This document shows positions 40,101 to 55,100 of a stretch of DNA of 64,000 nucleotides, in pieces. Below the pieces are notes generated by a model. It was given only the letters and a program-made list of their open reading frames with translations. It did no database searches and was not told the DNA's origin. Within the stretch, counting starts at the first letter, position 1. Each line of letters begins with the position of its first letter. A program made the position numbers and the translations under genes. The stretch comes from Hydrolagus colliei (taxonomy: Eukaryota), in assembly GCA_035084275.1 (NCBI GenBank), contig CM068755.1:10912001-10976000 (forward strand), read 5' to 3'.

Positions 40101-43100
40101 GGAAAGAGAATTCTAAATGAGTTGTAACTTGTATTTTTATAATGGGGGAAGCACAGACTTAGATTCCAGACTCGCGAATGTCAGCACCAACAGCTGCTGT
40201 CTCCACTGTCACTGTCACCCATTCAAGTCTCTTTGTGTGTAATTCCTCTAGTTTTTCCTTCTGTCCTTCCCTACAGTTATTTCCCATCTGGTACCCATTC
40301 TGTCTCCTTCAAAGACAATGAACAGCAACCATAATACACTCTTACCATGATCATTATAATCTTCTTGATGTAATGTGCTTTCTCACCATACATACTGTAC
40401 TCCTTTTTATTGCGTTAGCATTTTGTGTTTTAGTCACTGTCTTCTTTCAGATGAAACCCAGCAACTAGACTCATTTAAGAAATAGCTGGTTGCTGTAATG
40501 GTAGGGTGAGTGTTCTGGAAGATGAGATCAAATGATCTGAAGGGCCATCAAAACCTTTCTTGTGAAATTCCTGCATAATTTCATGTACATTTCTCAGATA
40601 TTTCAGCCTTTTAGGCCTGAGGCAAACAAATCCAGATATGGACAAATATTGTTAAATACAAATAAATATTTGACACGACACAATCTCTGAATACTACCCA
40701 GCTGAATTTGAAGGAAAATCTATCCCCTTTTGCAGTTCAGATTAGAAACTGATTAGAAACCAATGGCGTTGATGTAAACCCTGCAAGTTTTTTTTGAAAA
40801 AGAGGTCAATCATAAATAATTCTCAGTTGACAGTTTTCATAATGATCACATGTTCTGTTACCATTTCCTTCCATAGCCATAATTATTTTCCCAAAGGCTT
40901 CCTTTCAGTTGAGACATTATATCAAAAATAAGTTGCAGTTGTATAGTGTCCTTCAGGCAGGGTAACATCTTGGAGCACTTGATCGTGGCGTAGTTCGTTG
41001 CCCAGCCAGGAGCAAGGGGACATGACTGTAGACAAGTTGAAAAGGAAAGTCTTCAGGTGTGCTGGGCAAAGCCAGAGGGAGTTCCAGGGGGAGTCTGGTT
41101 ATAACAGTGGCTGAACACACGACCTCCAAAGGTAGAGAGGTTGAGGGACATGGGGAAGGCCCAAGGGTTACAAGGGGTAGAAAGTCCCTGGGTAGTGTGT
41201 CTTGCATAATTCAGTTTTTCTCCATCGAAGGTTCAAGGCTCCACCGATAAGCTTCTTACTGGAAGCTTCCCCGAGTAGGATCAAAATCATCCAGATGTTA
41301 AATCTGAGAATTAGATGGCAGTAGTTGAACCTGCAACTAGAAGAGGTGTGAAGGGAGTGACCTAACAAGCTGCAAGGCTTTTGAATTTGTTCGGCAGACA
41401 TTGTTATTGCAATGATTTTCTATTTCTGGTTAAAATATAGAAATTCGGATTGCTAACATCTGGTGGGGGGGGGGGGGGAACAATATAAAGATGATAATAA
41501 TAATCCTTGCATTTGTTATAGCGCTTTTCACATCTTATCGATGTCCCAAAGCGCTTTACAGAATATACTGTAAAGTGAATTGACTGTATGTATATTTGTG
41601 GGCAAATTGCGACAACCAATTGCGCACAGCAGTGTCCCACAAGCAGTCGTAGATTGAAATGACCAACTTTATTATTGTGGGGTTTTTGACGGATTATTTT
41701 TAGGCATGTGGAGTAAGGAAACTTGCCCAAGGTTTCGCCCTGACCTGCCTGGATTCGAACACAGGTCTCCCCAGCTTGTAAGACAAGTGCTCTAACCACT
41801 AAGCCACAGGAGCTCCATAATAGCTGAAACTGGAAATCAGGAGAGGACAAGAAACAATTTCACGTGCTTACAATTTTCTTCTATTTTTACTGAAGTTACT
41901 GGTAAACCCCCTGCTTTACATGACCCTGCTCCATTCCTCAAAGTAGAGTCAATTCATTTGCAAGACTGTCAAAACACTTACCTGTGTTCAGGATTTATAA
42001 ATGTGGTTTAGTTCACCTGAAATATTGTCCTTTTCTTTTGGTCCACATAGCATCGCTTTCCTTTTTTTTAAAAAAGCGGTTATATAAATTTTTTTAATGA
42101 CTAAATCCAGAAATGCCAATGAGAGGTTCCAAAGATGTTATATAAATTTCACATGAACTCCCCACTGCTTTCATTACTGTCCTGAAATTGTTCCATTTTT
42201 CCTACTTGGGCTGTGGAGCTGTTGGATCAGTTTTATTTCTTATTTTATAAGGTGGTAGTTGAATTATTGCAAGCATTAAATTGGAGGATATGCTATTGCA
42301 GTTGATACATGCACACATACATCTTCACTGAAAAGCTAATACAGTACCGTAATTGGTGTATGTTTTCCAAGCGTATTGAGTGATTATCTGCAATTGATTG
42401 TTAGAAAATGATTGCTAATCTGTACAGTAATTATATTGATGCTAAAGCTATTGATTTTTAAAGCAGTAAATCTTTACAGCAGAATAATTTAATTTACATT
42501 TAAAATACGTCCTGACGACTGATCTTCACCATTTACCAATGTGGCTGCAGCCTGTTATGTAAAGTGGCTGGCTTCAGATTGTTGATATATCCCTGTTATT
42601 GTATAATTCTTGGCATGTGCACTATTGTGAGGAGAATTCTCCTATGGTGTTAGATCTAACAGTTTAGAACTGTCATTTTGGCAACCATTGCAGTGTTAGA
42701 TGCTGAGCACTTTATTCTGTCCCCCGTTTTTAATGCTGGTGGGTTGGTTTCTGAGAATGTGTTATGTTAGCATTGGAAGTGGTATTCAGACAGCTAAGGA
42801 ATTTCAATGTGGTTTAGTTTGCCAGAGGCATCCCTCTGCATTTGCTTGTGCATGAGCTAAAAATAAGGAATCATTCCTATATTTCGCCGGGCCATTAGGG
42901 ATTAGGTAACGCATGCTTTCTGAACCACTAAATTTACAATGCTGGGAAACATTACCCACCAGTTGTGAAGTCTGTGGGTTTGAAGGTCATATTCTGTCTG
43001 CCATGACAAAACGCAATGAAAATTGGTGGTATCGTGTTATAATTTCAAGTTTTTAAGTAATCGAGAAAATTCAATTCATCTTACCGTTTGGAGTTATGAT

Positions 43101-46100
43101 GTTATGAGCTGCATCATTTTCTTCTTCCATGATGTGATGTGCTTCAGAGTGATTGTGATTTCAACTTACATTGTGCCAGCTCATACACTGCAGATTAGTA
43201 CACACATTCATGATGGGAGATATTAATATAGAGCCCAAGGTCCAAATAGGGAGCCCAGCCTTTAAGAATCAGAGTGCATCACACAGACACAAGTAAACTA
43301 CACAAACCTCTTCCTGGCTTATCAGAAAAAGATTATTGCAGGCTGGTATGATGCCTTTCTAATTATCTGCATGATTTCCTTTTGTGACTCAGTTCCTACT
43401 CTATTAACAATTCTTATTACAAATCACTGCAAATCCGATCACTTTATTTGAGCTCGATGTTAAGGCTGGCGTTTCAGTGCACTGCAGGGAGAGCGTCCTC
43501 GGGACGAGATGTTAAACAAGGTCTCTATGGCTATCTGTTCAGCTGGACATCCTCCCCAGGTGAAAGGCGCTCTATAAATGTACTTTTCTTGATGTTGGAC
43601 GTTAAGACCCCCGTGATCAAAAAGAACAAAAAGTTTCCTTTCGATAAAAGTTGGATGTTAACATCATGGCTGTTTGTGTCACATTGCTGTGTATAGGTTG
43701 ACTCATAAGTATACAGTAACTACACTCTATAGAAGTATTGTGGAGCTATTTGAGACATACTCAATGTTTTAAACACTGTATTAAATGCAAAGATAATTCT
43801 GATAAAGGTATTTAAAAATGGAAAATGTGCAGAGCTATGGGGTAAGGGCGGAGGAGAAGGACTGGTTGATAGCTCTTTCAAAGAGCCAGCAAAGACATGA
43901 TGGGCCGAATGGCCTCCTTCCCTGCTGTAAAATTCTATCATTCTATGAATTCACCTGAGAATAAGATTTCTGTTCAGGCCTTTGTATTATCTGTAGAGTG
44001 TTTGACTCTGCTGGTGTCCAATAATGATGATCTCCTTTTAATCTTACAGGAAAGGCAAAGTATCTACATATTGGAGAGGAGGTTGATGGCATTGACATGC
44101 GTGCAGAAGTAGGAATGTTGTCCAGGAACATATTAATTATGGGGGAAATGGAGGATCGGTGCTATGGTGATAATGCCTGCAAATTTTTTGAGTTTGATAC
44201 TGTTGGAGGACACATTAAGGTACAGCATTTTCATCATGTACATCTCATTTGAAAGAACTAATGGGTTACTATGAAAGACTGTAAGGTCTATAAGGAAATT
44301 GCAATTATTTTATGGAAATAGTCATATGTATCCTTAAATGTTCTTGTTTTCACCAGATGGGAATAGGTTTCAAGGCGACTCACATTGAAGGTGCTGAGCT
44401 GAAACACATGGGTCAGCAGTCCATGGGCCATTATCCCATTCATTTTCACATGGCTGGAGATGTGGATGAAAAAGGTGGCTACAACCCTCCAACGTATGTG
44501 AAGGGGGTCTCCATACATGAGTCTTTCTCCCGGTGTGTGACTATCCACGGTTCAAATGGACTACTGGTGAGTAGTGGCATTCATCGAGGCGACAAACAAG
44601 ACTAGCAAAAATGGCAGTTTATGTTTACATGCAGTTTCACCCACAAAATATACAGTGAATTCACTTTACAGTATATTCCCTGAAGCATTTTGAGACGTTT
44701 TGAAGATGCGATACGGCGCTATATTAAATGCAGGGATTTTTATTATTACATTTGCATTATTTTGTGATGGATGTTTTTATAGATAAAACCCCCCTGTAAT
44801 ACTCGGTGTTCTTACACGAAGATATGTAAAACGTCTTTTACTGTTTGAAATAATGAATGAACAAGGACTTGATTTGGTTCTAGGAATGTCTCTGGGATTT
44901 TACATCTAAAATAGTTTCCTTTATATCTGTCATTGACGTTTTTAACGCAACCCTCCCATAATTTTCTCTAAATGCATTAATTCTTCACTAATTCAACGAG
45001 TGATAATGCACCATGCAATTGTTCTCTTGTTATAGTGTTTTTATGGGTAAAATTCTGTGCATTTTCTGCAGCACTAAAACTGTGAGGGAGTGATGTGATG
45101 ATCCCATCTCTTCGTCTAAAAGCAAATTCCCTGATTGAAAAATGATTCGAACCAAACTCCACTGGTTTTCCTCTAACAAATACTAACTAGGCTTTCTTCG
45201 TCAGTGAAGAATTTAGCATGTGTGTACTCAAACATCGATAAATACTGAGCTTCCACACCAAATTCATGCGCTATAAACTTCTAAAGCAATTGAATACATT
45301 CAGGAGATAACTTTATACTGCCTGAGAATCAGTGGCGTGTGGTGTAATGAAAAATACATGGGGTTAGGTCACCTGATGGTGTGCCAATAGCCAGAGATTC
45401 AGTCAGGCCAAATCAAAGTGTTCATCGAGAGCCAACTAGTGTAGTTAGGGAGCGGGTGTTTGTGAAACGGTACTGTACCTTGTTTTTAAACTCTTCAATT
45501 GAAACCATGTTTCACAAGTAATTTCCTGTTATCAGCCACTGGAAAAACTTACATTTAGTCCTGTACCACATCATCAAATTTCTCCTGACAGCACATTGAC
45601 TGGGGGTTGAGTGTTTTTTTTTTAAGGTTCACATTTATGTATCTGTGATTTTTTTTCAAAAAAAGAGGAGGTTAGGGAGTTTTGACCAATTCATTACAGT
45701 CTTTCTTTTTCAATTCCAGCTAACAAACTGATCTGCAAAATTATTTACATTTTTGTGGGTTTCAAAACCGAGAATATAAAGCTTTTGCCGAAACCTTCAG
45801 GGTACTATTATATTTCTGATTACATTTCCAAGAGCTATCATCGCATTTTAACTTTTTCGTTTCCCCTTGGAGAATTTCCACAACTTTCTCAAACTCTTCA
45901 CTGGGGAAATTACCCTATTGATTCCTCCAGTTCAGAGGAAACTTAAGTTTCCCTCACATCTTTCAAATAACGTTCACTTTGTTTTAAAACAAAAGTGCTG
46001 GATGCAGAGAAAACACAGTATAGAATAGTTTGGGCGTATTTCATCTTTCATGCCCATGGTCGAAAATAAAAATAGTTGTATTGCACTAATTGTCCATAAT

Positions 46101-49100
46101 ATCCTGTTCAGAAAGATTATTTTTGATGCAGAACATGTTCTCACGTTACTGTATTGGCTGCTGCCACCTGCTGATTTATAGAGGTCAGTGCCAGGCTTCC
46201 AATTCCAGATCTGCTATTATGTTATTTTCTGATTGGTCCTGTGCTGGCTGTTTTTTTTAAAAAAAATCCTTAAGGATTATTTTCCCTTTAGGTGTGAGCA
46301 TTGACTTGCATCTTAAAAAAAATTACTCCCGTCAATTGTTTTTCTCATTTTATCTGGAGTCCTGTAGCTGAGTGGTTAGAGCACTCGCCTCGCAAGTGAG
46401 AGGACCCAGGTTCATTTCCTGGGTGGGGTGAAACGTTAGGCAAGTTTCCTTATGCCACGACGTACTGTTTACCGAACAGTAAATAGGAACCCAGTTGTGA
46501 GTTGAATAGCAGATCGCTTTTCCGTGGGTAATAATTCCTTTTAAAAATAATAATATTTTGGTCACTCAATCTACTACCATTTGTGGGACAATGCTGTGCG
46601 CAATTGGCTGCCGTATTTCACCCACAAAATATACAGTTGTTTCACTTTACAGTATAGTGTGTGAAGCGCTTTGAGATGTCTCAAAGACGTGTTAAGACAC
46701 TATTTCTAATGCAAGGATTATTGTTTTTTTTAAAAAAAAAACTTTCCCATTTTCTGACTCGTCCGTTTTGTTTCCCTCAACTGTATTTCAAAGCATGTCC
46801 ATGGATCTCAACTGCCTCTTAGTATAATCACTGACACTTTCACCCACTGCCATTCTTTTTTTATTGACTTTCCATCCTCCACTCAGCAGAGATCACCAGC
46901 TCCCAAAGGCTGCCGGTTCAGTTCTGACGAAAGGTCATGTCCAGGATGATAAGTGCTGACGGACTGACCTTACTGTAGATTTGCAGTATTTTTGTTTTTT
47001 TCCCCTTATTTCCAGGATTCTCAGAATGTTTTTGTCCCACTTTTTTTAATACGGCTGTAGCTGCCACGTTTAAGGCCAATTTTCAACATTCCAAGCATGT
47101 CTGTTGTACGTGGAGTGAATTGTATCAGTCCACACCGTGCACCCATTGATACAATCCAGATGGAGAGAAAAGTGACATGCTGGCTTCCGGCCATTGTTGA
47201 GCAATCTGAATTCATTTCATCCTACTTGGGATTTAATTCTCTTCACACCAGTAATCCTGATACAATACTGAAACGACTCTGAAGCTTTGCTATGTTTATT
47301 ATTCCCCATGCAAAAACTAATGCTCACACACGGTAACTTTAAATTAGAATTCTGTGCAAAACTTCGGTCAGGCGGTTCCTTGGCACCATCACATCAGCAG
47401 AATAAGTTAGATTTATTGCAACAATACAGCAAATATTGCCAATTCAGAAATTGAAGGTGTGATCTGAACAAGGGGAAGGAGGAGGCAAGGTGGAGGGATT
47501 GAGCAGGAGAATTCCATAGTTTTCAGAGGTTGGGGCTGAAAGCACAGCTCAGTAAAAGCTGAGTAAAATGAGTTACAATTAAGTACTGTAATGCTAAAGG
47601 CACTGATAACAATAACCTGCACAGAAAACCCGATGCACTGCGTGAACATTGGAAGAGAAAGTAAGGATGGAACACCTTGTTGCTCATTCACTTGTGCATT
47701 GGGATTTTCTCAGTCATGCAACAAAATGTATTGCTCAGTTTACATTGTTTATTCACCCCAAACCACAAGTATATTTTGTTTCAAATTGAGAAAATGTAAT
47801 AAACATTATTTATAACTTGGACTGTGGGTTTGAACGCAGGATTCCTTCTGCTGTTCAGCGGGTCATGTCACCACTAGACGCCAATGGCCATTAGTTTGAA
47901 AATTCCCTTGGCGGCATAGTGATGAAGGTATAAATTCATAAAGCTTCTTGGCCCAACATGATTTATGTAACCACCAGTGTAGGCCACAGAGACAGGGAGA
48001 AGTTTTCAGTCTGTGATTTTATACAGTTTCAAGACAAAAAGCTGAATTATTTCTTTTCGAAATTGTGTGTCTGGTGTCTGGAATTAGATCATTATAACTT
48101 CAGTTCTGTACTGTGGCCAGTGTTTACATGTTATTACCAAGTCACAAATATGTATTATACCAGCCTACGTAGCCGCCATCTGTGGGCGAGAGACGACCAC
48201 AAACGATCAATCTCTTTAGATCTCCATATCCTCTCTAACTCCCACCCTCCCCTCGTTTAAGACACCATCTCAAAACATGCCTCTTTGAGTGCACTTTTGG
48301 TCAATTTTCCCCTCCCCACCCACCTCGGCCCTCACCTGCATCTGATGTGGCCAGCGAGCAGTGTCAAGTACTTTGCGACATCCTCCTGACATGAAAGGCA
48401 TTATATACAGTAAATGTATCTACATTGTCAAAGGCATCATCATCATATTCATTGAATGCGAGTGTGTATACTATCAGAAATATTAATTACCTGCAAATGG
48501 AGAGGTCGCTTCCCGCAATGGGTTTAATTAACTGAAGACAGTTTCAATGCCAAGGCTGGAAGATCACCATCTAAAATTTCATTTAATTCCTAATGGACCA
48601 GTCTGCAAGCTTTTTCTGTTACAGTTAATGTAACAACATATTATAAATTCAAGTGAACTTTTTTTTACCATGACTGGTGTTACATTTTGAAAGCTTATCC
48701 TGCAATCTTGAGTGATTAAACTCACTGAATGATATGTGGTGTGCCTTGCTGAAACGTGACTAATTATTCTTGGCATCGCCTTTCAGGTTGCACGTACATA
48801 TTTGCTTATTTCAAATACAAAGCATGTTGATCTGTTTGGCTGCTTAAGGTGCGTCACACAGCCAATGATAATTGTTGATTGTCACCATGCCAGCAGCAAG
48901 CAGTAAAGACACTAATGAGAAAGCAGAGCGGAGATGATTGCACCCAATGCCATAAATAAATAAAGCATCAACTATTTCTCTCGCTATCTCTATCTAGGTG
49001 AAAGATGTCATTGGCTACAATACCCTGGGGCATTGCTTCTTTACTGAAGATGGGGCTGAGGAACGAAACACATTTGATCATTGCCTGGGACTGCTGGTCA

Positions 49101-52100
49101 AGGCAGGGACCTTGTTGCCTTCAGATCGGAACAACAAGATGTGCAGTTTCATAACAGAGGGAGCCTACCCGGGATACATCCCAAAGCCCAGGCAGGACTG
49201 CAAGTAAGGAGTAACTTGCGTGCCTTTTAAACACGTATTTCCCAAGTCATTGTTAATTTAATGTGCTTTGAAAACAAGGAGGGCCTAGAAAAATTGTAGT
49301 CCAGCATAATGTCTTTCCCATTTGTGCATGTTGCATTTTACATTTACAGATACTCGTGAATTTGTGGGTTTCCACTAGCCAGTGAAGTTTTCCAACTTTT
49401 GTTAATGTCCTATAGCTTATAATAGGATTGCTTTATATAATATTATTTGTCATATATATTATTTCTTGTTGTTGTACCCAAGGTCAGTAATTTCACAGAG
49501 CGGCCAAATAATTTGTTCAAACACATGAATGCATTATTTCTCAATGTTCAGGTATGATCAAAACTGAGCTAGACTGGCCAGAAAGTTTACAATAGGCTGC
49601 CTGATTGCAAATCAGTATCCTGGATCATGTATATGCCTCAGATGTATAGCCATATTGAGCATATTATGGTCATAAAGTTGCATCCATAAAACTGATATCC
49701 TTAGGAGGTTCCATCTGGAATGTATCCCTATTTATCAGTTAAGACATGTAGCCTCACTACATTTCTGGAGTCAATCCAGACTCGGTAGCCCTCAGCCTTC
49801 AACCCTAGCAAAGTGATTTGTAGAGAACTGCTAGTTACATTCAAAAAACGAGTACATTCTGCATAGTTATATTAGCCAGAGCAATGTAGATTGTGGGTAC
49901 AGGATACTGACAACGTACCACAAATCATATACAGAGCCATCAAACTAATGACACTTGACATTTTTTTGACAGTGGGCACTTATTTCCAATGCCAAGTATT
50001 TTCAGTTCGTGCCTAGTAATGGTTTTGTTGTTGTTTTGACATTGAATTCCTAACAGTAACCTACATGGTAAAAAGGCTACATGTTTAGCTAAACTAGTAG
50101 CTAATGGGAACACGCTTCAAGAGGAAGCTGGAGGATCTGTACAGCAGATGGTTGGATTCAGATGGCTATGGGTCCTGGCACACAGAAGACGTCCATATGG
50201 AACCTACCCAGGGCGTTTGTTTTATAGGACTCAAATTCCCAAGTCACCCTATAAAATGGATAGCCTGGGAAAGCTCCAACTGGAAGGTCCTTGTTTGGTG
50301 GACGTCTCGATCCATTTGAGCAAGAAATCAATGATTCCATTGCTCAGCAAGGCATTCGAATGTGAATATTTGAAAAGTGCTTCTATTGCAGTAAGCAGCT
50401 ACTGTATTTAAATATCATGAATATGCATGGCTTTTAGTGTCCTCTAAAACTGCTGCCACACTGATCATATGTTTATGATGGAATTTATTTAGGGTAACTA
50501 TAAGATCCAGGAAGTGGACTTGTAAAGGATAGCTCTACACTGCATATTTTCCTTGCTCCTATTGCTTCAATATTGTCTTTCTCACTGTCTACTGTCAATC
50601 CAAGGAGCTCATATTTTGCTACAATCGAGGTTCAAAGCAGCTTGTTTTTCAATAATTCATGTGCAGTCAATTGACTGTGTCATAAATAAACAACACCACA
50701 TCACTGAATATCTAGAACAACTGCAAGGGCAAAATTTGTTGCAATGTTCCCTTTATGTCACTTGCATCAGTGCCCAATAACAAAAACAACAACTTGGATT
50801 TATATAGCACCCTCCACGCCGAACGGAGTCTCAGAGTGCAAATTTTGGCAATATCCCAGAACCGAAAAAGCAGGAATGTTAGCGAGAGAAAAAGAGATTG
50901 AGAATAGTTACATATAGAAGTTATCTCACAACCCAATATATTTCTGATATGGTTTGTGGTCTGCCGGTATTCAGACACGTGTGGAATCCATCCCCCAGGG
51001 TATCAAAACCATACTAGGATGTCCAAGCGCCCACCTTCACATGGAAACTCCCATGTTTTGGAATGAAAATGCACGCTTTCTCCCTGGACTGATGCATTCT
51101 GTTTGCTCAATTCTGGAGAATATCGGGCACAGGTTGGGAAACTCAGGTTGTACATTGAGGTACTGCAGGGATTTAACCGGCTAAAACCATATAGCTTGCC
51201 CTTGAAAGCATTGTCTGGCACGCCACTCCGTTGCTTGTCTCTATATAACAGTTAGGCATCAGGGGACCAAAACATATTAAAGTTTGGAATTAATCCATCG
51301 AATCTAGTTATTATTCAATTTTATTTGCTAACAGCAGTAAATTTGCCTGTACATGGGACTATTTTGCTTTATTTGCCAAGGTCAATTTCCTGACATGTAT
51401 AAAATCCCCAATAGAATTTTAAATGAGAAATAACTAATTGCAACATTTAATTTAACCACAGAATCCATGCAACACATTTGTTTATAAGTGCAACACCAAA
51501 AGTTCATCTGCTTTGGGAAAGCTAGGAGATTCCATTCCTAATTTTTTGATCTTCCTCTCAGAAGCAAGAATATAAACTTGTTATTACAATGAGTAATGCA
51601 AACATATACCCTTTTATTTGGAGCTTTAAAAAAAAGTTTATAGTTGGACGTGTGACGTTAGTTGTTAAAGAAATATTACAGTTGTGCGCAAATATAAACG
51701 CCAGCTTTAATTAAACTCAAAGTCGCTGCAATTATTCTGGGTATATTTTGACTTTCATTTTGCATATCACTTGGATGCAGATTAGAGAAAGCACGATTCA
51801 GATTATATTGCCATTGTAACAATCTTCTGCTGCAAATTGTATTTATAGCGTATGTTAGTATTTCATTACAGATTTCACGAACAATCAGCTGGCAGGGATA
51901 TTTAGCCATTGCAGAATGATGTACAGTATGTTAATTCCTCTTTTCCCTGGTGATATTTATTTGGCACTTAAAACCAGGAGGTTCTGCACTAAGTATTGGA
52001 GGTCTCTGGTACATAGCTCTTGCAAATTGAAAAGTGCCTTGTTTGGTCATTTCAAGCAAAACGGGTTTAAAAATAATTGTCGTATCATCCCAAATGCTGC

Positions 52101-55100
52101 ACACGATGAAATCTATCACCTTGGGTGTTTCACTGAGGCTTCCCTTGATGATAATGATCCTTACATTTGATATAGCGCCTTATCACATCGTTGAGATGTC
52201 TCAAAGCGCTTTTACAGAATGTACTGTAAAGTGAATTCACTGTGTATTTTGTGGGTGAAATGCAAAATCCCTTGCTCTTAGAAATAATAAAACGAATGCT
52301 GTGAAGGCTGACTGTTCAGCGCCTTGGGAGGTCCTCCCAACATGAAAGGCGCTCCATTGAGATGCTGATTACACTGATGGCAAATTTATGTGGAAGAATT
52401 CATGAGCTGCAGAAATTAGTTCCCCATTCGTCAAACCATCCTGTTTGATGATCCATGGTTCTGAGCTAAAAAGGCTAAGCAAGGTTTCAGTTGGATGCAT
52501 CAGTATAGCCCTTTGCTTTAAGTCCCAACACTAACTGAGCTAGGAATTATAGAATTATTTGGCAAGAAGAGCTTTAAAAATAAAAGAAAGGACCGCTGCT
52601 CTAATTATTTTGTGGCCAAAAAAACAATATGAAATTGATCGGGCTCTTAATAAACCAATTAAACTCGCATTCTCTGTGCACAAATTTTCCTTTCATCAAC
52701 CTTAACAAACAAGCTCTGAGTTGGGGTTAGAAACTCAGTGCTCTTATGCCTTGTGAATCGTTTCTATATTTTGTTATTTAATGGCTTCCAACAAGGGATT
52801 GACTAGCTTGATAGGAATGTCATCTGCTTTTATTAAGGACTATATTCTACCTCCTCCCCCACCCCCTCCGCCACCCACCTCAACCAGAGTACAAAAGGTT
52901 GAAATATTGAGAGTAAAACCTTACGAGCCAGTACCCCATGCAAAGGGTCCGAAATAAATGCAAGTTGTTATATTAACATGAACTGATAATCCATTAATTT
53001 ACCACATCAGGGTTGACAAACTTAACAAATGAGAAATACCTCACCTTAACATACTAGTTGTGAAGATGCAATGTAAAATTGGGCTTTCGTTATCAATTCC
53101 ATTCTGCGACACAATTAGACTTGTTGCCTCCAGCTCAATCTCAATGTCTTTAGTTCTGATGGCATAGAAGAGGGAATCCTGCAAAGAAAAGCATTATCTA
53201 GACTGCAAAGAGCATCAGGTTTAAAGCATTAAAAACAAGGAGAAAGGGGTGTTTAGGAATAGTTGGCAATTCAGATGTAAAAACAAATTCCCTTTTAGTA
53301 GTTGCCATGACATGAACTCACTAATGCGAGTGATTCTTACAAACCCTGGGATATTGGGTTCCCTTTGAGTGTTTGTGTAAAGTGTAAAATATGAATAGTG
53401 TAACATTTACTTTGCAACAGGGAGACGTACAGGAAGAGAAAAATGAAAGGCGTAGAATGAGCTAACTAGTTTCCATTAATACCTCAATCTGTAAATTCAC
53501 AAGGCTAGGTTACATATTGTGCACCGTAATGAAATGTTCTGATTAAACAGTTTATCAAATGCAAGTACAGTATTATTATTATTTACCCCTCATTGTGAAA
53601 ATTGATCTTATTAAAAATGATATCCACGCAGAATTCCCTATTGGTGTTTATTAACCTATGCCTTGTTTAACTTAACCTGGCTAATAATATGGTAACGGGT
53701 CGGTCATTTTGAAATGATTAATGAAACATTCTTGGTTTTGTTACAGTGCTGTTTCCACGTTTTGGATAGCTAACCCAAACAACAACCTCATCAACTCTGC
53801 AGCTTCAGGCTCCGAAGTATGTAAAGCAATCTTCTATCCCACATGTTACCATTTATTGTTCCGCTCGAGTCACGTGGCAGTATTTTAATCTGTGTATCTA
53901 ATCCAAAGGAAAAGTACCTTTTGAAGTTTTGAAGTCATAAGAATTTTTATGTTGCAGGAAACCGGTTTCTGGTTCATTTTTCACCACGTGCCTACTGGGC
54001 CCTCAGAAGGAATGTATTCCCCTGGTTATTCTGAACACATGCCACTGGGAAAGTTCGATAACAACAGAGCTCATTCCAACTTCAGGGTAGGTTTGCACGC
54101 AATGGCTGTAACTGAAAAAAAAGGCGGTGGAGAAGGGGGGGGTAAACAACTTTGATTTGAGCTTTACAGTCAGAGTCAGCTGGTATTTATTAGAAAACCT
54201 GTATCATTTGGGTATTTACAAGCACATTTCTTGCATCTGTGATTCGTACTAAGAGTCTGGTTCACAGAGGCAAAAATACCCATTTTCGGTCTCTTTTGCT
54301 CACCATGAGTGTTATACATCAAAGCTGTGTGACAGATTGGGGAGATTTCATTGGAGTGGAGTGCCGATGGCCTGTGTGACGTTCTAATAGTTAATGGAAG
54401 GAATCTCGATTTGAGATTGCTGCATTTTAGATGCAGTTTTACTGCCTCGTTCAGTTCGCTGTTAGGTTCACATTAACCTCAGAGTGAATTTTCAGACATT
54501 TCATTGTTTTTCTGCAAGACATTAGAATTTGATATATCGCCTTGCGCGATCACTTAACAGGAATTATTCTAAACTGTAGTAACCCTCTATTTTGTAATCA
54601 AACTAAAACCTGGTGTTTTCTCGGCCGGAAGGGAATCAAGATTAATTTTGCTTCAATTTTACCAAATTATAATAGCACAACAGTGGCAAAGTTATGATTT
54701 AAGACTTAGACTGGCACATGGATGAAAAATCCAAACTTTACTAAATATGCCTGACAATAAAACAAATGGTGGACATGAAAATGTGGTCCATGTACATCTG
54801 TCTGCAGTAGCCCATAATTGTTATCGACTGAATAGTATTGCTGCAGCAATTATTTACTTGATATTAAACAAGATAGGAATCCAGGAGCTACTGTCCATTG
54901 TGTATTGGATGCTTATTAACTTCCCTGTTGTACATTAACTTGTATAAATAGTAGATTTTATATTGCACAGTGAAACCTCGGAAAATTAAACCAGGCAGTT
55001 TATAACTCACTCATCCAGTGCTTAAATACAATTATTTAGCATAAGTTGTTGATCCTATCTTCTAAGCATATTTATATTAAAAAGATTGCCATCAGTGTAA

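Noticed and set aside
40950-41400. GC-richer patch with several ORFs on both strands
   Set aside because: No protein motif; at best a heavily decayed LINE fragment, too weak to annotate.
41404-41850. 148-aa minus-strand ORF similar to ORFs at 15955, 55339 and 58009
   Set aside because: The similarity comes from translating the same SINE family; it is not a protein family.
50104-50411. Overlapping short ORFs in a GC-richer intronic patch
   Set aside because: No recognisable domain or splice context; probably a decayed repeat I cannot classify.
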